64,000 nucleotides of DNA from Octopus sinensis (Eukaryota). A program made the position numbers and the translations under genes. The DNA lies in NCBI RefSeq assembly GCF_006345805.1, contig NC_043009.1, forward strand, positions 43,152,001 to 43,216,000, in the 5' to 3' direction. Below, piece after piece: positions 53,410 through 64,000 of the stretch (position 1 is its first letter; each line of letters begins with the position of its first letter). The notes beneath the pieces were generated by a model. It ran no database searches. It was not told the DNA's origin and worked only from the letters and a program-made list of their open reading frames with translations.

Positions 53410-53815
53410 TCTTTTATTCTTTTACTTGTTTCAGTCATTTGACTGCAGCCATGCTGGAGCAATGGCTTTAGTCGAACAAATGAATCCCAGGACTTCTTTG
53501 TAAGCATAGGACTTATTCTGTCAGTTTCTTTTGCTGAACCACTAGGTTATGGGGACGTAAACACATCAACATTGGTTATTAAGTGATGTAGTGGGGACAA
53601 ACATAGACCACACAAATATATACGTATAAATATATATATATATATATATATACAAAGGGCTTCTTTCAGTTTCTGTCTACCAAATCCACTCACAAGGCTT
53701 TGGTCAGCCTGAGGCTATAGCAGAAGACACTTGCCCAAGGTGCCACACAGTGGGGCTGAACCCGGAACCGTGTGGATGGGAAGCAAGCTTCTTATGACAC
53801 AGCCACTCCTGCACC
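53410..53815 (-). mobile_element. SINE family A
   Basis: Full-length reverse-complement copy. Confidence 0.8.
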
Positions 53816-54272
53816 TATAAAGATATATATATCATCATCATCATCATCTCCTGCTAATACTGATGGCATGGGATTGGGATGCAAGAGGTAGGTAAATAGC
53901 ATTTGCAAATCTATAACGTAATGGAATGTTGTGCCAAAGACAGGGATGAGTTCTTTATAATTCTAACCCAGAAACGCATCCACAACTAACCGAAGACTGT
54001 TCTTGTTTTTTTTTTCCTTCTTTTTATATATGTGAGTTACATGTAAATGTTACATGTGGAGCTATATTTGTAGAAAATAGGAATAAGCGGTCTTTGACTG
54101 CTATTTCTAAATTTTCGGTATGTGGCTAAGCAACTTGTTGCTTAACCCTATTTATTTATAGATATATATATATAAAGAACTTTTTGTAAAAGTTCCTACC
54201 GATAATGGTTATATTTCCATACCGAATCTACTCTGTAATAATTGTTAATTTTTAAAATTAATAATTATTTAC

Positions 54273-54352
<80 letters not shown>

Positions 54353-54379
54353 GGATATATATGTATGTATGTATGTACC

Positions 54380-54615
54380 TATGAGAATGTGTCTTTTGTG
54401 TTTGTTAGTCCTCCCATCAACCATTTGACAACCAGTGTTGGTGTGTTTACATCCACGTAACTTAGCGGTTCGGCAAAAAAGACCAATAGAATAAGTACTA
54501 GACTTACAAAGAATAAGCCCTGGGAGGTTCGATTTGTTCGACTAAAATCCTTCAAAGCAGTGCTCCAGCATGGCTGCAGTCAAATGACTGAAACAAATAA
54601 AAGAATAAAAGAATG
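54380..54615 (+). mobile_element. SINE family A, 3' half
   Basis: ttgacaaccagtgttggtg...gactgaaacaaataaaagaataaaag. Confidence 0.75.
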
Positions 54616-55147
54616 TGTGTGTATGTGTATGTAATGAGATACAAGACAAAGAAAACTTCAAAGGAAACTCAAATCCAATAGAAATCCAATAGAAATCGGG
54701 AGCGGTTCTAGTTATTCAGTACAACATTGACAGGTGTTAGTGAACCTCGTTAGTCAAACACAATGATTCAAACTCGATTTTGTATGCAACATGTTCTATT
54801 TTTTTTTTTTTTGCCAATTATGTCTTAATTTCATTGTTATAAAATTATTTAAATATCATTTGTTAGAAGAAAAAAACATATAAACAAAACTTGTCACCAA
54901 ATGTTTCATAACAATTGCATTTAACGTAACTGACTTGGTTTTACGTTAGTTTTCTATTGTGTTCATACATTTGTTATTTATTTATGGATTTATTTATTTA
55001 TTTATTTATTTATTTATTTTGCATTATTCATTTTGATAGAAATAATTTACAGAGGTATCAAACTGTTGGATCAGGTGATGAAAGTTATGGAGAGAGAGAG
55101 TCATCACCCAACTAATTAGGAAGAGAGTTAGTCTAGATGAGATGCAG

Positions 55148-55320
55148 TTATATTTGCTGAAGATAGCTTGAAACCATGGTATAGGAAATAGAGGGTAAAT
55201 GTTTTTATTTTTCATTCCCTGTCGAAATTACCCTTAATAGTGGTTTGGAGTTTAACTACTCCTTCTAGCGGGTAAGATGTCCTGTTATGGCCATTTCTTA
55301 TGTGCTTACATGTACACTGT
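55148..55320 (+). mobile_element. 5'-truncated copy of the 52442 hammerhead family
   Basis: Begins inside stem II (ttatatttgctgaagatagcttgaaaccatggtatagg); abuts mariner. Confidence 0.75.
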
Positions 55321-56796
55321 ATGAATACAAACTGGGTCACTCTGACACAGAAGCTCTACGGAATATCAAGCGGGCCTTTGGTAATGGTTTTGTTGACATC
55401 AGAACTGTTCAGAGATGGTTCCAAAGCTCTCGTTCAGGAGATGATAGCCTTAACAATAAACCAAAGGGGTAGGCCAAAATCAGTTTTTCGGCATGATGGA
55501 TTAAATGCTTTGGTTGAACAAAATCCGAGAGAAAAGATTCGAAAATTTTCATCAGAACACCAAACATCTTGTACAATAGGTGCAGGGGTGGCTGTGTGGT
55601 AAGTAGCTTGCTAACCAACCACATGGTTCCGGGTTCAGTCCCACTGCGTGGCATCTTGGGCAAGTGTCTTCTGCTATAGCCCCGGACCGACCAATGCCTT
55701 GTGAGTGGATTTGGTAGACAGAAACTGAAAGAAGCCTGTCATATATATGTATATATATGTATGTATGTGTGTGTTTGTGTGTCTGTGTTTGTCCCCCTAG
55801 CATTGCTTGACAACCGATGCTGGTGTGTTTATGTCCCCGTCACTTAGCGGTTCGGCAAAAGAGACCGATAGAATAAGTACTGGGCTTACAAAGAATAAGT
55901 CCCAGTGTCGATTTGGTCGACTAAAGGCGGTGCTCCAGCATGGCCGCAGTCAAATGACTGAAACAAGTAAAAGAGTAAAAGAGAGAGTAACTGTTTTTGG
56001 ACACTTGTAAAAAAACTGAAAAAGCCAAAAAAAACAGATAGGTTTGTTCCACATTAACTGAAAGAGATTCAAAAATACAAACACCTCAAAGTGTGCTCCT
56101 TATTGCTTTCTTGACTGGAAAAGACCAGTTTTTCATCAAATTATTATTTGTGATAAGAAATGGATACTCTTTAACAACAGCAGAACAGGACAGTGCTTAG
56201 ATGCAGGAGAGTCACCTAAACACTACCCAAACCCACCATTGCACCCTAAAAAGTTAGCAGTCACTGCATGGTGGTCTGCGAAGGGAGTTATTATTCATTT
56301 TTGCAACAAGGAAAAACAGTAACAAGCAACATAATATTGCCAGGTAGCTGATTGTATGCATAAGAATTTGAAAAAGAAGCAACCCAGACTAGTGAATAGA
56401 GATGGCCCAATTTTGCTCCACAAAAATGCACGTCCTCACACTCCTCAAGCTACGGTTCAAAAAGTTGCAAAGCCTGAATAATGAAATTTTGCAATATCTT
56501 CCCTATTCCCCTGACATCTCTCCTACTGATCATCACTTATCTAAGCATTTTGAGCTTTTCATAAGCAATAAAACATTCTTAAATAGAGAAGAGGTAATTG
56601 AAGCATTCGGAAAGTTTATCACAGCAAAAGATGAATTGTTTTGCTGCAGATGGAATATATGACATAGAGAAATGTTGGGTAAATGTCATAAATGAACATG
56701 GATCATACTTTGATTAAATAAATCAGTTCTCTAACTCTTCTGAAACATTTTTTTGTTACCTTTCAAATATGATATTTTATGTGAAACAACCTAATA
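55316..56796 (+). pseudogene. mariner transposase remnant split by a family-A SINE (55583-55985)
   Basis: LYEYKLG..RTVQRWF, LHPKKLAVTAWWSAKGVI, ILLHKNARPH, PYSPDISPTDHHL; 3' end caacctaata. Confidence 0.9.
55583..55985 (+). mobile_element. SINE family A (young)
   Basis: Full length, CpGs retained. Confidence 0.85.
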
Positions 56797-56804
56797 TATA
56801 TATA

Positions 56805-57035
56805 TAGTTCAATTTTACAAAAAAATGAAAGACAAAGACAGGTGTAGGAACAACAAGCTGATGTATTAGTTTAATGTTCAGGAAAAATGGGAAGTCTTTT
56901 ATGTTTCGAGCTTATGTTCTTTGACAGAAAGGAATAAGAGGAAAAAAATGGAGAGAGAATGAAAAAAAACGGAGAGAGAAAAACTGTGGAGTTCAATGGT
57001 CCAACATGGTGGGATAACTAGAAAAGCTATTCTTT
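56805..57035 (-). mobile_element. pLTR-like repeat with decayed hammerhead-like motif; relatives at 1590-1680 and 52815-53075
   Basis: CTGTCAA-AGAAC-ataa-GCTC-GAAA-CATA-AAAG; ends ttgaac next to (TA)n. Confidence 0.45.
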
Positions 57036-57944
57036 TACCTTACATAAGATGTTTAACTACTGCTTCGACTATTGTTATTACCACCCTTGCAACCACAACA
57101 CTACTACAATTACAACACCAACAACCTGTACAGCTACATTTTAAATGAGAACCATCAGTGACCTATGCAATGACAGTTAAAGTGTGAGGCAGGTAATAAG
57201 ATTATTAGGGTTAATGATCCTACACTATTTCGGAAAAAAATTCCCCTTTTCAAATAGCAGAAAGAAAAATACTTCAAGATTTCAAAGAAATGTGTTATTA
57301 GCTAGCAATTGTAATTTCTAGTGTGTTATGAAGAAGAGTGTTGCTTGCATTAGCTTGTGTGCCATCTGTCAACTGTATTAGTAGTTAAATAATAACAGTA
57401 ACAGCAGTTAGTATGTTGTGGCAAATGTAGCAGTAATAGGTAACCTGGCATAACAAATTAGTGTGGACGTATCAAAAGGTGTTGTGAAAGGTCATTGAAC
57501 ATTAAGATAAGATTAGTCAACAGATAAACTGTCTTGAGAATATCATTTTTCAAATGAGGTAGGATATACAAAGCTGTGAATGTGCTGAAATATGTTGCTC
57601 TGATGGAGTGGATGTGTGTGAGAAATGTTAGTAAGGTGAGAGAAGGTAAGTAAAATGTAGGTGAAGCAAAGCAGTTAGAAAAACCAATTCATACCATTCA
57701 TTTAAGTTCGGTTGTTGATTCTTCTCTATGCCATTTAATGAGAATAACTGCTTCAATTCTCAAGTTACCAATATTCCAGTCACTAAATAAAATGAATATT
57801 CTTACTTAACAATTGTAGCATTTATTAACGTAATATTCATCTCCACTTAGAAGTGGTTGTTGTGTTAGAACACAGAACACTGTGATAGTTACCATGAGAG
57901 AAACTTTCATATGAACTTGAGGTGCATATAAGTATTCATGTTTA

Positions 57945-58432
57945 TATTTACGTGCCACCGGCACGGGGGCCAGGCGAGGCTGGCAGCAAACACGAACGGA
58001 TGGTGGCACGTAAAAGCACCATCCATTCGTGTCTGCTGCCAGCCTCGCCTGGCCCCCGTGCCGGTGGCACATAAAAGTACCATCCATTCGTGTCCATTGC
58101 CAGCCTCGCCTGGCCCCTGTGCCAGTGGCACGTAAAAGTACCATCCGTTCGTGTCCATTGCCAGCCTCGCCTGGCCCCCGTGCCGGTGGCACGTAACAGC
58201 ACCATCCGTTCGTGGCTGTATGCCAGCTCCGTTTGGCACCTGTGCGGGTGGCACGTAAAAAGCACCCACTACACTCACGGAGTGGTTGGCGTTAGGAAGG
58301 GCATCCAGCCGTAGAAACACTGCTAGATCTGACTGGGCTTGATGCAGCCTTCCGGCTTAACAGACTCCAGTTGAACCGTCCAACCCATGCTAGCATGGAA
58401 AACGGATGCTAAATGATGATGATGATGATGAT
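57945..58432 (+). mobile_element. SINE family C with four 61-bp subrepeats and an inverted 5' unit
   Basis: 57946-58005 is the reverse complement of the forward units. Confidence 0.8.
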
Positions 58433-58914
58433 TGCGAGCAGAAGATAATTCTCTGTCATTGCTATCACTATTAATTATTTATTAATGTGATTCTTTACTG
58501 AGAAAGTATATGTGTGTATGCAGGTGTTCCTTAAGATGGGGGAGATGAAGGGTGCTTTTGGATTATGTTGGTGATATAGTCATCTTCACTTTTATCAAAT
58601 TTTTCTTTATATGGTACATAAACATGTAGACATCTTAATGTCATAAGCAGGGCAGTTTGTTAGCATACATCTGTCATTGGTCTCAGGGAGTTTCTGAGAG
58701 AGCTGGTTTTTGGTAAGTGCTTGATATAAGGAATATGCCCCATAAAAGGGTCCACAGTATAAAATACTGAACAACCTTTCACAATTTAACTGTTGCTTCC
58801 TTAAGCTACTTTGTCTTAGTGGCGCTATTATCACTGCTATTTGAAAAACCATTCTTAGGGATAAATTAGTCATACATCTGACCCACTCTAGAATAATTTT
58901 GGAAATGTGGAAAG

Positions 58915-58990
58915 AATGAAAGGAAAAAACAAAAAACAAATCAAACGAAAGAAAGAAAGAAAAGAAGAAAGGAAGAAAGAAAGAAAGAAA

Positions 58991-59022
<32 letters not shown>

Positions 59023-59480
59023 ACAGAAAGGAAGGAAGCAAGCAAGTAAGAAAGAAAGAATGAATGAATGAAAGAAAGGATGAGCCACAAGAAAAGCAAG
59101 AAGAAAAAATGAAAGGAGAGCAATAAGGAAAAGCAAAGAAAAAGAAAAGAAATGAAGGAATGAAGGGAAAAAGAAGAGAAAGATAAAGAAAGAAAGAAAA
59201 AAGAAAGAAGGAAGAAAGGAAGAAAGAAAGAAAGAAAGGAAGAAAGAAAGAAAGAAAGAAAGAAGAAAGAAAACAGAAAGGAAGGAAGCAAGCAAGTAAG
59301 AAAGAAAGAATGAATGAATGAAAGAAAGGATGAGCCACAAGAAAAGCAAGAAGAAAAAATGAAAGGAGAGCAATAAGGAAAAGCAAAGAAAAAGAAAAGA
59401 AATGAAGGAATGAAGGGAAAAAGAAGAGAAAGATAAAGAAAGAAAGAAAAAAGAAAGAAAGGAAATAAGAAAGAAAGTAA
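58915..59480. repeat. GA-rich tract with an internal duplication of about 300 bp or less
   Basis: aaacagaaaggaaggaagcaagc...gataaagaaagaaagaaaaaag occurs twice. Confidence 0.85.
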
Positions 59481-59944
59481 GAAAACCATCTTTAAAGAGG
59501 CATTGATTCTTAAGAGCTTCTGCTACTCTCCATCATCACCACCACCACCACTACCAATACAGCTATCACTAATAATATTGTGCTACCACTCATGCCACTA
59601 CATCTACTAACGTTGCTATCACCATTACACTACCAACAACAACAACAACAACTACAACCATACTGTAAATGAGCTCTGTCAATGAATAGTGCAATTGAGA
59701 GAAAAAAAGGGGACAGGAAATGGGATTATTAGGGGTTAGATTACTGAAAAACAAGACAAATCTATTTGATTTATTTTATTACATTCCTTTATACATATAT
59801 AATGTGAAGCTCATATCTCATTCCCTCTCTCTGTCTCCTCTTCCCCAGCACCCCCTCACTGTATTCATTGATCTTTCTGTAACACCCTTATATATTATCA
59901 ATGAAGTTAGAACATTATTACTGTTTAAATGTGTATTACATTTT

Positions 59945-60926
59945 ACTCTTACTCTTTTACTCTTTTACTTGTTTCAGTCATTTGACTGTGGCCATGCTGG
60001 AGCACCACCTTTAGTCGAGCAAATTGACCCCGGGACTTATTCTTTGTAAGCCCAGTACTTATTCTATCGGTCCCTTTTGCCGAACCGCTAAGTTACGGGG
60101 ACGTAAACACACCAGCATCAGTTGTCAAGTAATGCTAGGGGGACAAACACAGACACACAAACACACACACACTCATATATATATATATACATATATACGA
60201 CAGGCTTCTTTCAGTTTCCGTCTAGCAAATCCACTCACAAGGCATTGGTCGGCCCGTGGCTATAGCAGAAGACACTTGCCCAAGATGCCATGCAGTGGGA
60301 CTGAACCCGGAACCATGTGGTTGGTTAGCAAGCTACTTACCACATAGCCACTCCTGCACCTAGTTTTCACTATTACATACAGACAACTGTTTCAGAATAG
60401 AAACCTCATCAGTGTATTTTTTGTAGCGATTAAAAGTATAAATTCATAATTAAATATTTCTCTCTTATATTCACTTGTGATGTTCATCTTCTATTTTTAA
60501 TTAATTTATTCATGGAAATATACATTTAAATTAAAACTGACAAAGACAGACTGGCGAGGGCAAAAATCATGGTCGGTAGAAAAATACCTGGTCAGAAAAT
60601 TATGTTCCAAGATCCATTACATGGATCAAGATAACATATGTGGAGCCATGGCAGTGTAAGAAGTTTGCTTCCAATCACATGGTCTCAGGTTCAGTCCCAC
60701 TGTATACCATCTTACTCTCTCTTTTACTCTTTTACTTGTTTCAGTCATTTGACTGTGGCCATGCTGGAGCACTGCCTTTAGTCGAGCAACTCGACCCCGG
60801 GACTTATTCTTTTTAAGCCCAGTACTTATTCTATCGGTCTCTTTTGCTGAACCGCTAAGTGACGGGGACGTAAACACACCAGCATCGGTTGTCAAGCAAT
60901 GCTAGAGGGACAAACACAGACACACA

Positions 60927-60957
<31 letters not shown>

Positions 60958-61590
60958 AACATATATACGACAGGCTTCTTTCTGTTTCTGTCTACCAAAT
61001 CCACTCACAAGGCATTGGTCGGCCCGGGGCTATAGCAGAAGACACTTGCCCAAGATGCCACGCAGTGGGACTGAACCCGGAACCATGTGGTTGGTTAGCA
61101 AGCTACTTACCACACAGACACACAAACACACACATGCATATATATACATATATACGACGGGCTTCTTTCAGTTTCCGTCTACCAAATCCACTCACAAGGC
61201 TTTGGTCAGCCCGAGGCTATAGTAGAAGACACTTGCCCAAGGTGCCACTTGGGCAAGTGTCTTCTACTATAGCCCCAAATTAACCAAAGCCTTGGAAATG
61301 AATTTGGTATGTAACTGAAAGGAGCCTGTCATGTGCGTGTATGGGTGTGTATACGTATGTGTGTGTGTTAGTGAGTGTTTGTATGTGTATCTACATGTTT
61401 GTGTGTGTTTGTCCCCAATTACCACTTGACAACCAGTGTTAGCTTGTTTACATCCCCATAACTTAGCAGTTTGTTTAAAAGTGACCGTTAGAACAAGTAA
61501 CAGGCTTAAAAATGCATACTAGGTTCGATTTGTTTGCCTAAACCCTTTGAGATTGTTGCACAGCATGGCTGCAGTCTAATGACTGAAACA
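59945..61590. mobile_element. Cluster of family-A SINEs (59945-60357 minus, 60714-61115 minus, partial 61120-61260 minus, 61250-61590 plus)
   Basis: Direct matches to the family-A unit. Confidence 0.8.
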
Positions 61591-61743
61591 ACCCCCATCA
61601 CACACACACACATCTTTATGTATTTGTTTTACAAGATTCTTGATGTGAAATTGCGTATTAAAACAAATATTGCTATATTTGGGGAAGATCATTTTGCCAA
61701 AACTACATGCACTATTTATTTGATCTTCACTTGATTATTATTA

Positions 61744-61779
<36 letters not shown>

Positions 61780-61823
61780 TATTATTATTATTATTATTAT
61801 TATTATCATCATCATCATTATTA

Positions 61824-61906
<83 letters not shown>

Positions 61907-61909
<3 letters not shown>

Positions 61910-64000
61910 TAGTTTTATTTTTATAGCGTGCTTTCACTTCACTACCGAGCGCAGCTCTGTGTGCCTTGGGTATGTGCTGTGATTTGTTGTGATGCTCTGA
62001 TGGTTATTGCATGGAAAGTGTTCTGCGTAGGATGTGTGCAGTGCCTAGTAGTGCAATTTTCTGTATGTTATATGTGTTTGTAAGTCCTGGTGTTTTTGTT
62101 ATGTATTTGTCTGAATATTTTTTATCATGCCTAATGCCCCTACTATGATAGGAATTGTTTCTGTTTTCAGGTTCCACATTCTAGTTACCTCTATTTCCAG
62201 GTCTTTGTATTTTGAGAGTTTCTCCATTTCTTTTAGAGACACGTTGTCATCTGCCGGTATTGATACATCAATTAGAAGCATTTTTTTTCTTCATGATCTC
62301 TGACAACTATATCTGGTCTGTTGGCCTTAATTTCTTATCTGTGTGTATCGGCATATCCCAGAGTATGGTTGCTTTCTCGTTTTCTGTGACCTTTTCTGGT
62401 GTGTGCCTATACCATCTTTTTTCTGTTGTTATTCCATAATGTTGGCATAGCTTCCAATGTATGTAGGTTCCAACTCTGTCATGTCTGTGAATATACTCCT
62501 TCTTAGCCAGGACTGGGCAGCTAGAGATAATATGATTTATTGTTTCTTGTCCATCTCCACATATTCTGCAGTTACTTGTAATATTTCTTTTCATTACATG
62601 TTTTTGGTAATTTCTGGTGGGGAGGCTTTGGTCTTGTGCTGCAATTAAAAATCCCTCTGTTTCTGCTTTGAGTCCTGAGCTTCTCAACCATTGCTGGGAT
62701 TTTTCTTTGTCTATTTCTTTTGCGTTTAGTTTAGTGCAGTATTTACCATGAAGGGGCTTTTCTTGCCATCGTTTTATCATGGCTCGTTGCTGTTCTATTT
62801 TTAGTTTGGATTTCATTTGTTTATATAGCTTTTGTTGTTTCTTCTTCATCTTCTTCTTCTTCTTCTTTTTGTGTTTATTAGGTGGTATGATTTCTTGTTT
62901 GTATTTGTCAGCTTCCTTAAATACTGAGAACAGTTTTTTGTTTTGCTCGTGTTTTGCTGCTATCTGGATCAGTTTTCCTTCCTTCTGAAGTAGGTATTTT
63001 TGCAGTCCTATGGTGGTTATTTTATAGTAGTTTTCCAGCTGTATAAGGCCTCTACCACCTTCTATACGTTGTATATATAGTCTTTCTATGTCAGATTTTG
63101 GGTGATGCATCCTAGATCCTGTCAGTATTTTTCTTGTTTTCCTATCTATTTTCAGTTCATTTCGTGTCCAGTTAAGGATATTGTAGCTGTAACTTATAAC
63201 TGGGACAGCTAAAGTGTTGATACCTATTATCTTGTTTTTAGCATTGAGCTCTGTTTTTAGTATTGATCTAACTCGTCTATAATATTCTTTTTTTATTTTC
63301 TCTTTCATTTGTGTGTGTTGTGTCTTATCTAGTTCATGGATTCCTAAGTATTTGTAAGTTTGGCTTTGGTCTAATTCTTTTATTTCATTGTTTTATCTAG
63401 TGTGATGTTGTTACTCTTAACTAGTTTTCCTCTTTTCAGGGTTACTTTGGCGCATTTTTCTAATCCAAATTTCATATCTATTCTATTTCTTTGTAAATCC
63501 ATGAACTCTCTTTATAGTGTTTCCAGCTGTTTGTCATTTGCAGCGTATAGTTTAGGTCATCCATATATAAAATGTGGCTGATCGTTTTGCCGTAACATTA
63601 TATCCGCATCCAGTTCTATTTAGCATATCAGATAGAGGTGACAGTGCCAAGCAGAAAAGGAGTGGAGAGAGCGTGTCTCCCTGGAATATTCCTCTTCTAA
63701 TGGGGATGTCTTTGGTTTTCATGAGTCCCTCTTTTGTTTGGAGGTGTAGGACTGTTTGCCATTTATTCATAGAGTGCTCTATGAATTTTATGATTGTTGG
63801 TGCTACTTTGTTAATGGCTAGTGTTTTGAGGATCCATATGTGGGGGATGCTATCAAACGCCTTTTTGTAGTCAATCCAGGCCATACTGAGGCCTTTCTTC
63901 TTTCTGTGGCTGTCTTCAGTTACGGCTTTATTAATCATTAGTTGATCTTTACAGCCATATGAGCCCTTGCGGCATCCTTTCTGCTCTTCTGGGAACAGTT
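61907..64000 (-). mobile_element. R4/Dong-clade non-LTR retrotransposon (RT, CCHC, RLE), continuing past the window edge
   Basis: AWIDYKKAFDS, GIFQGDTLSPLLF, YMDD, YKYLG, AAQDQSL, CRIC..HIISSC, RHD, NRPDI..IDVSIP..EK; stop at 62004-62006; (TAA)n tail 61733-61906. Confidence 0.95.

Noticed and set aside
57945-58260. CRISPR-like array
   Set aside because: Units are contiguous with no unique spacers, lie inside a SINE, and the DNA is eukaryotic with no cas genes.
58607-58900. Non-repetitive 94-codon end of the minus-strand ORF 58607-59386
   Set aside because: No recognisable motif; the ORF length comes mostly from the CT-rich repeat.

Overview
AT-rich, microsatellite-dense metazoan DNA. The SINE and repeat families look like those of Octopus (inferred from repeat recognition only). 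No recognisable host protein-coding gene is present, and most ORF-track hits are translated microsatellites. The window holds: (1) at least four tRNA-type SINE families in many copies; (2) decayed Tc1 and mariner transposases; (3) Helitron/Helentron-type non-autonomous elements; (4) a Penelope RT-GIY-YIG remnant; (5) R4/Dong-clade RLE retrotransposons sitting in (TAA)n tracts, one possibly near-intact at the right edge; (6) several recent or artefactual tandem duplications. The main unexplained structure is a set of about 7 sequence-unrelated short elements that each carry a minimal type-I hammerhead ribozyme motif (CUGANGA...GAAA...NUH, most with a palindromic stem III). Four of these families occur as head-to-head inverted pairs, and one fuses a tRNA-like Pol III head to a hammerhead tail. 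Three hammerheads have complete cores (15271-15353 minus, 18014-18059 plus, 52442-52516 plus). A low-confidence spliced minus-strand microprotein model spans 50355 to 43001. All folds were paired by eye, and repeat boundaries are approximate.
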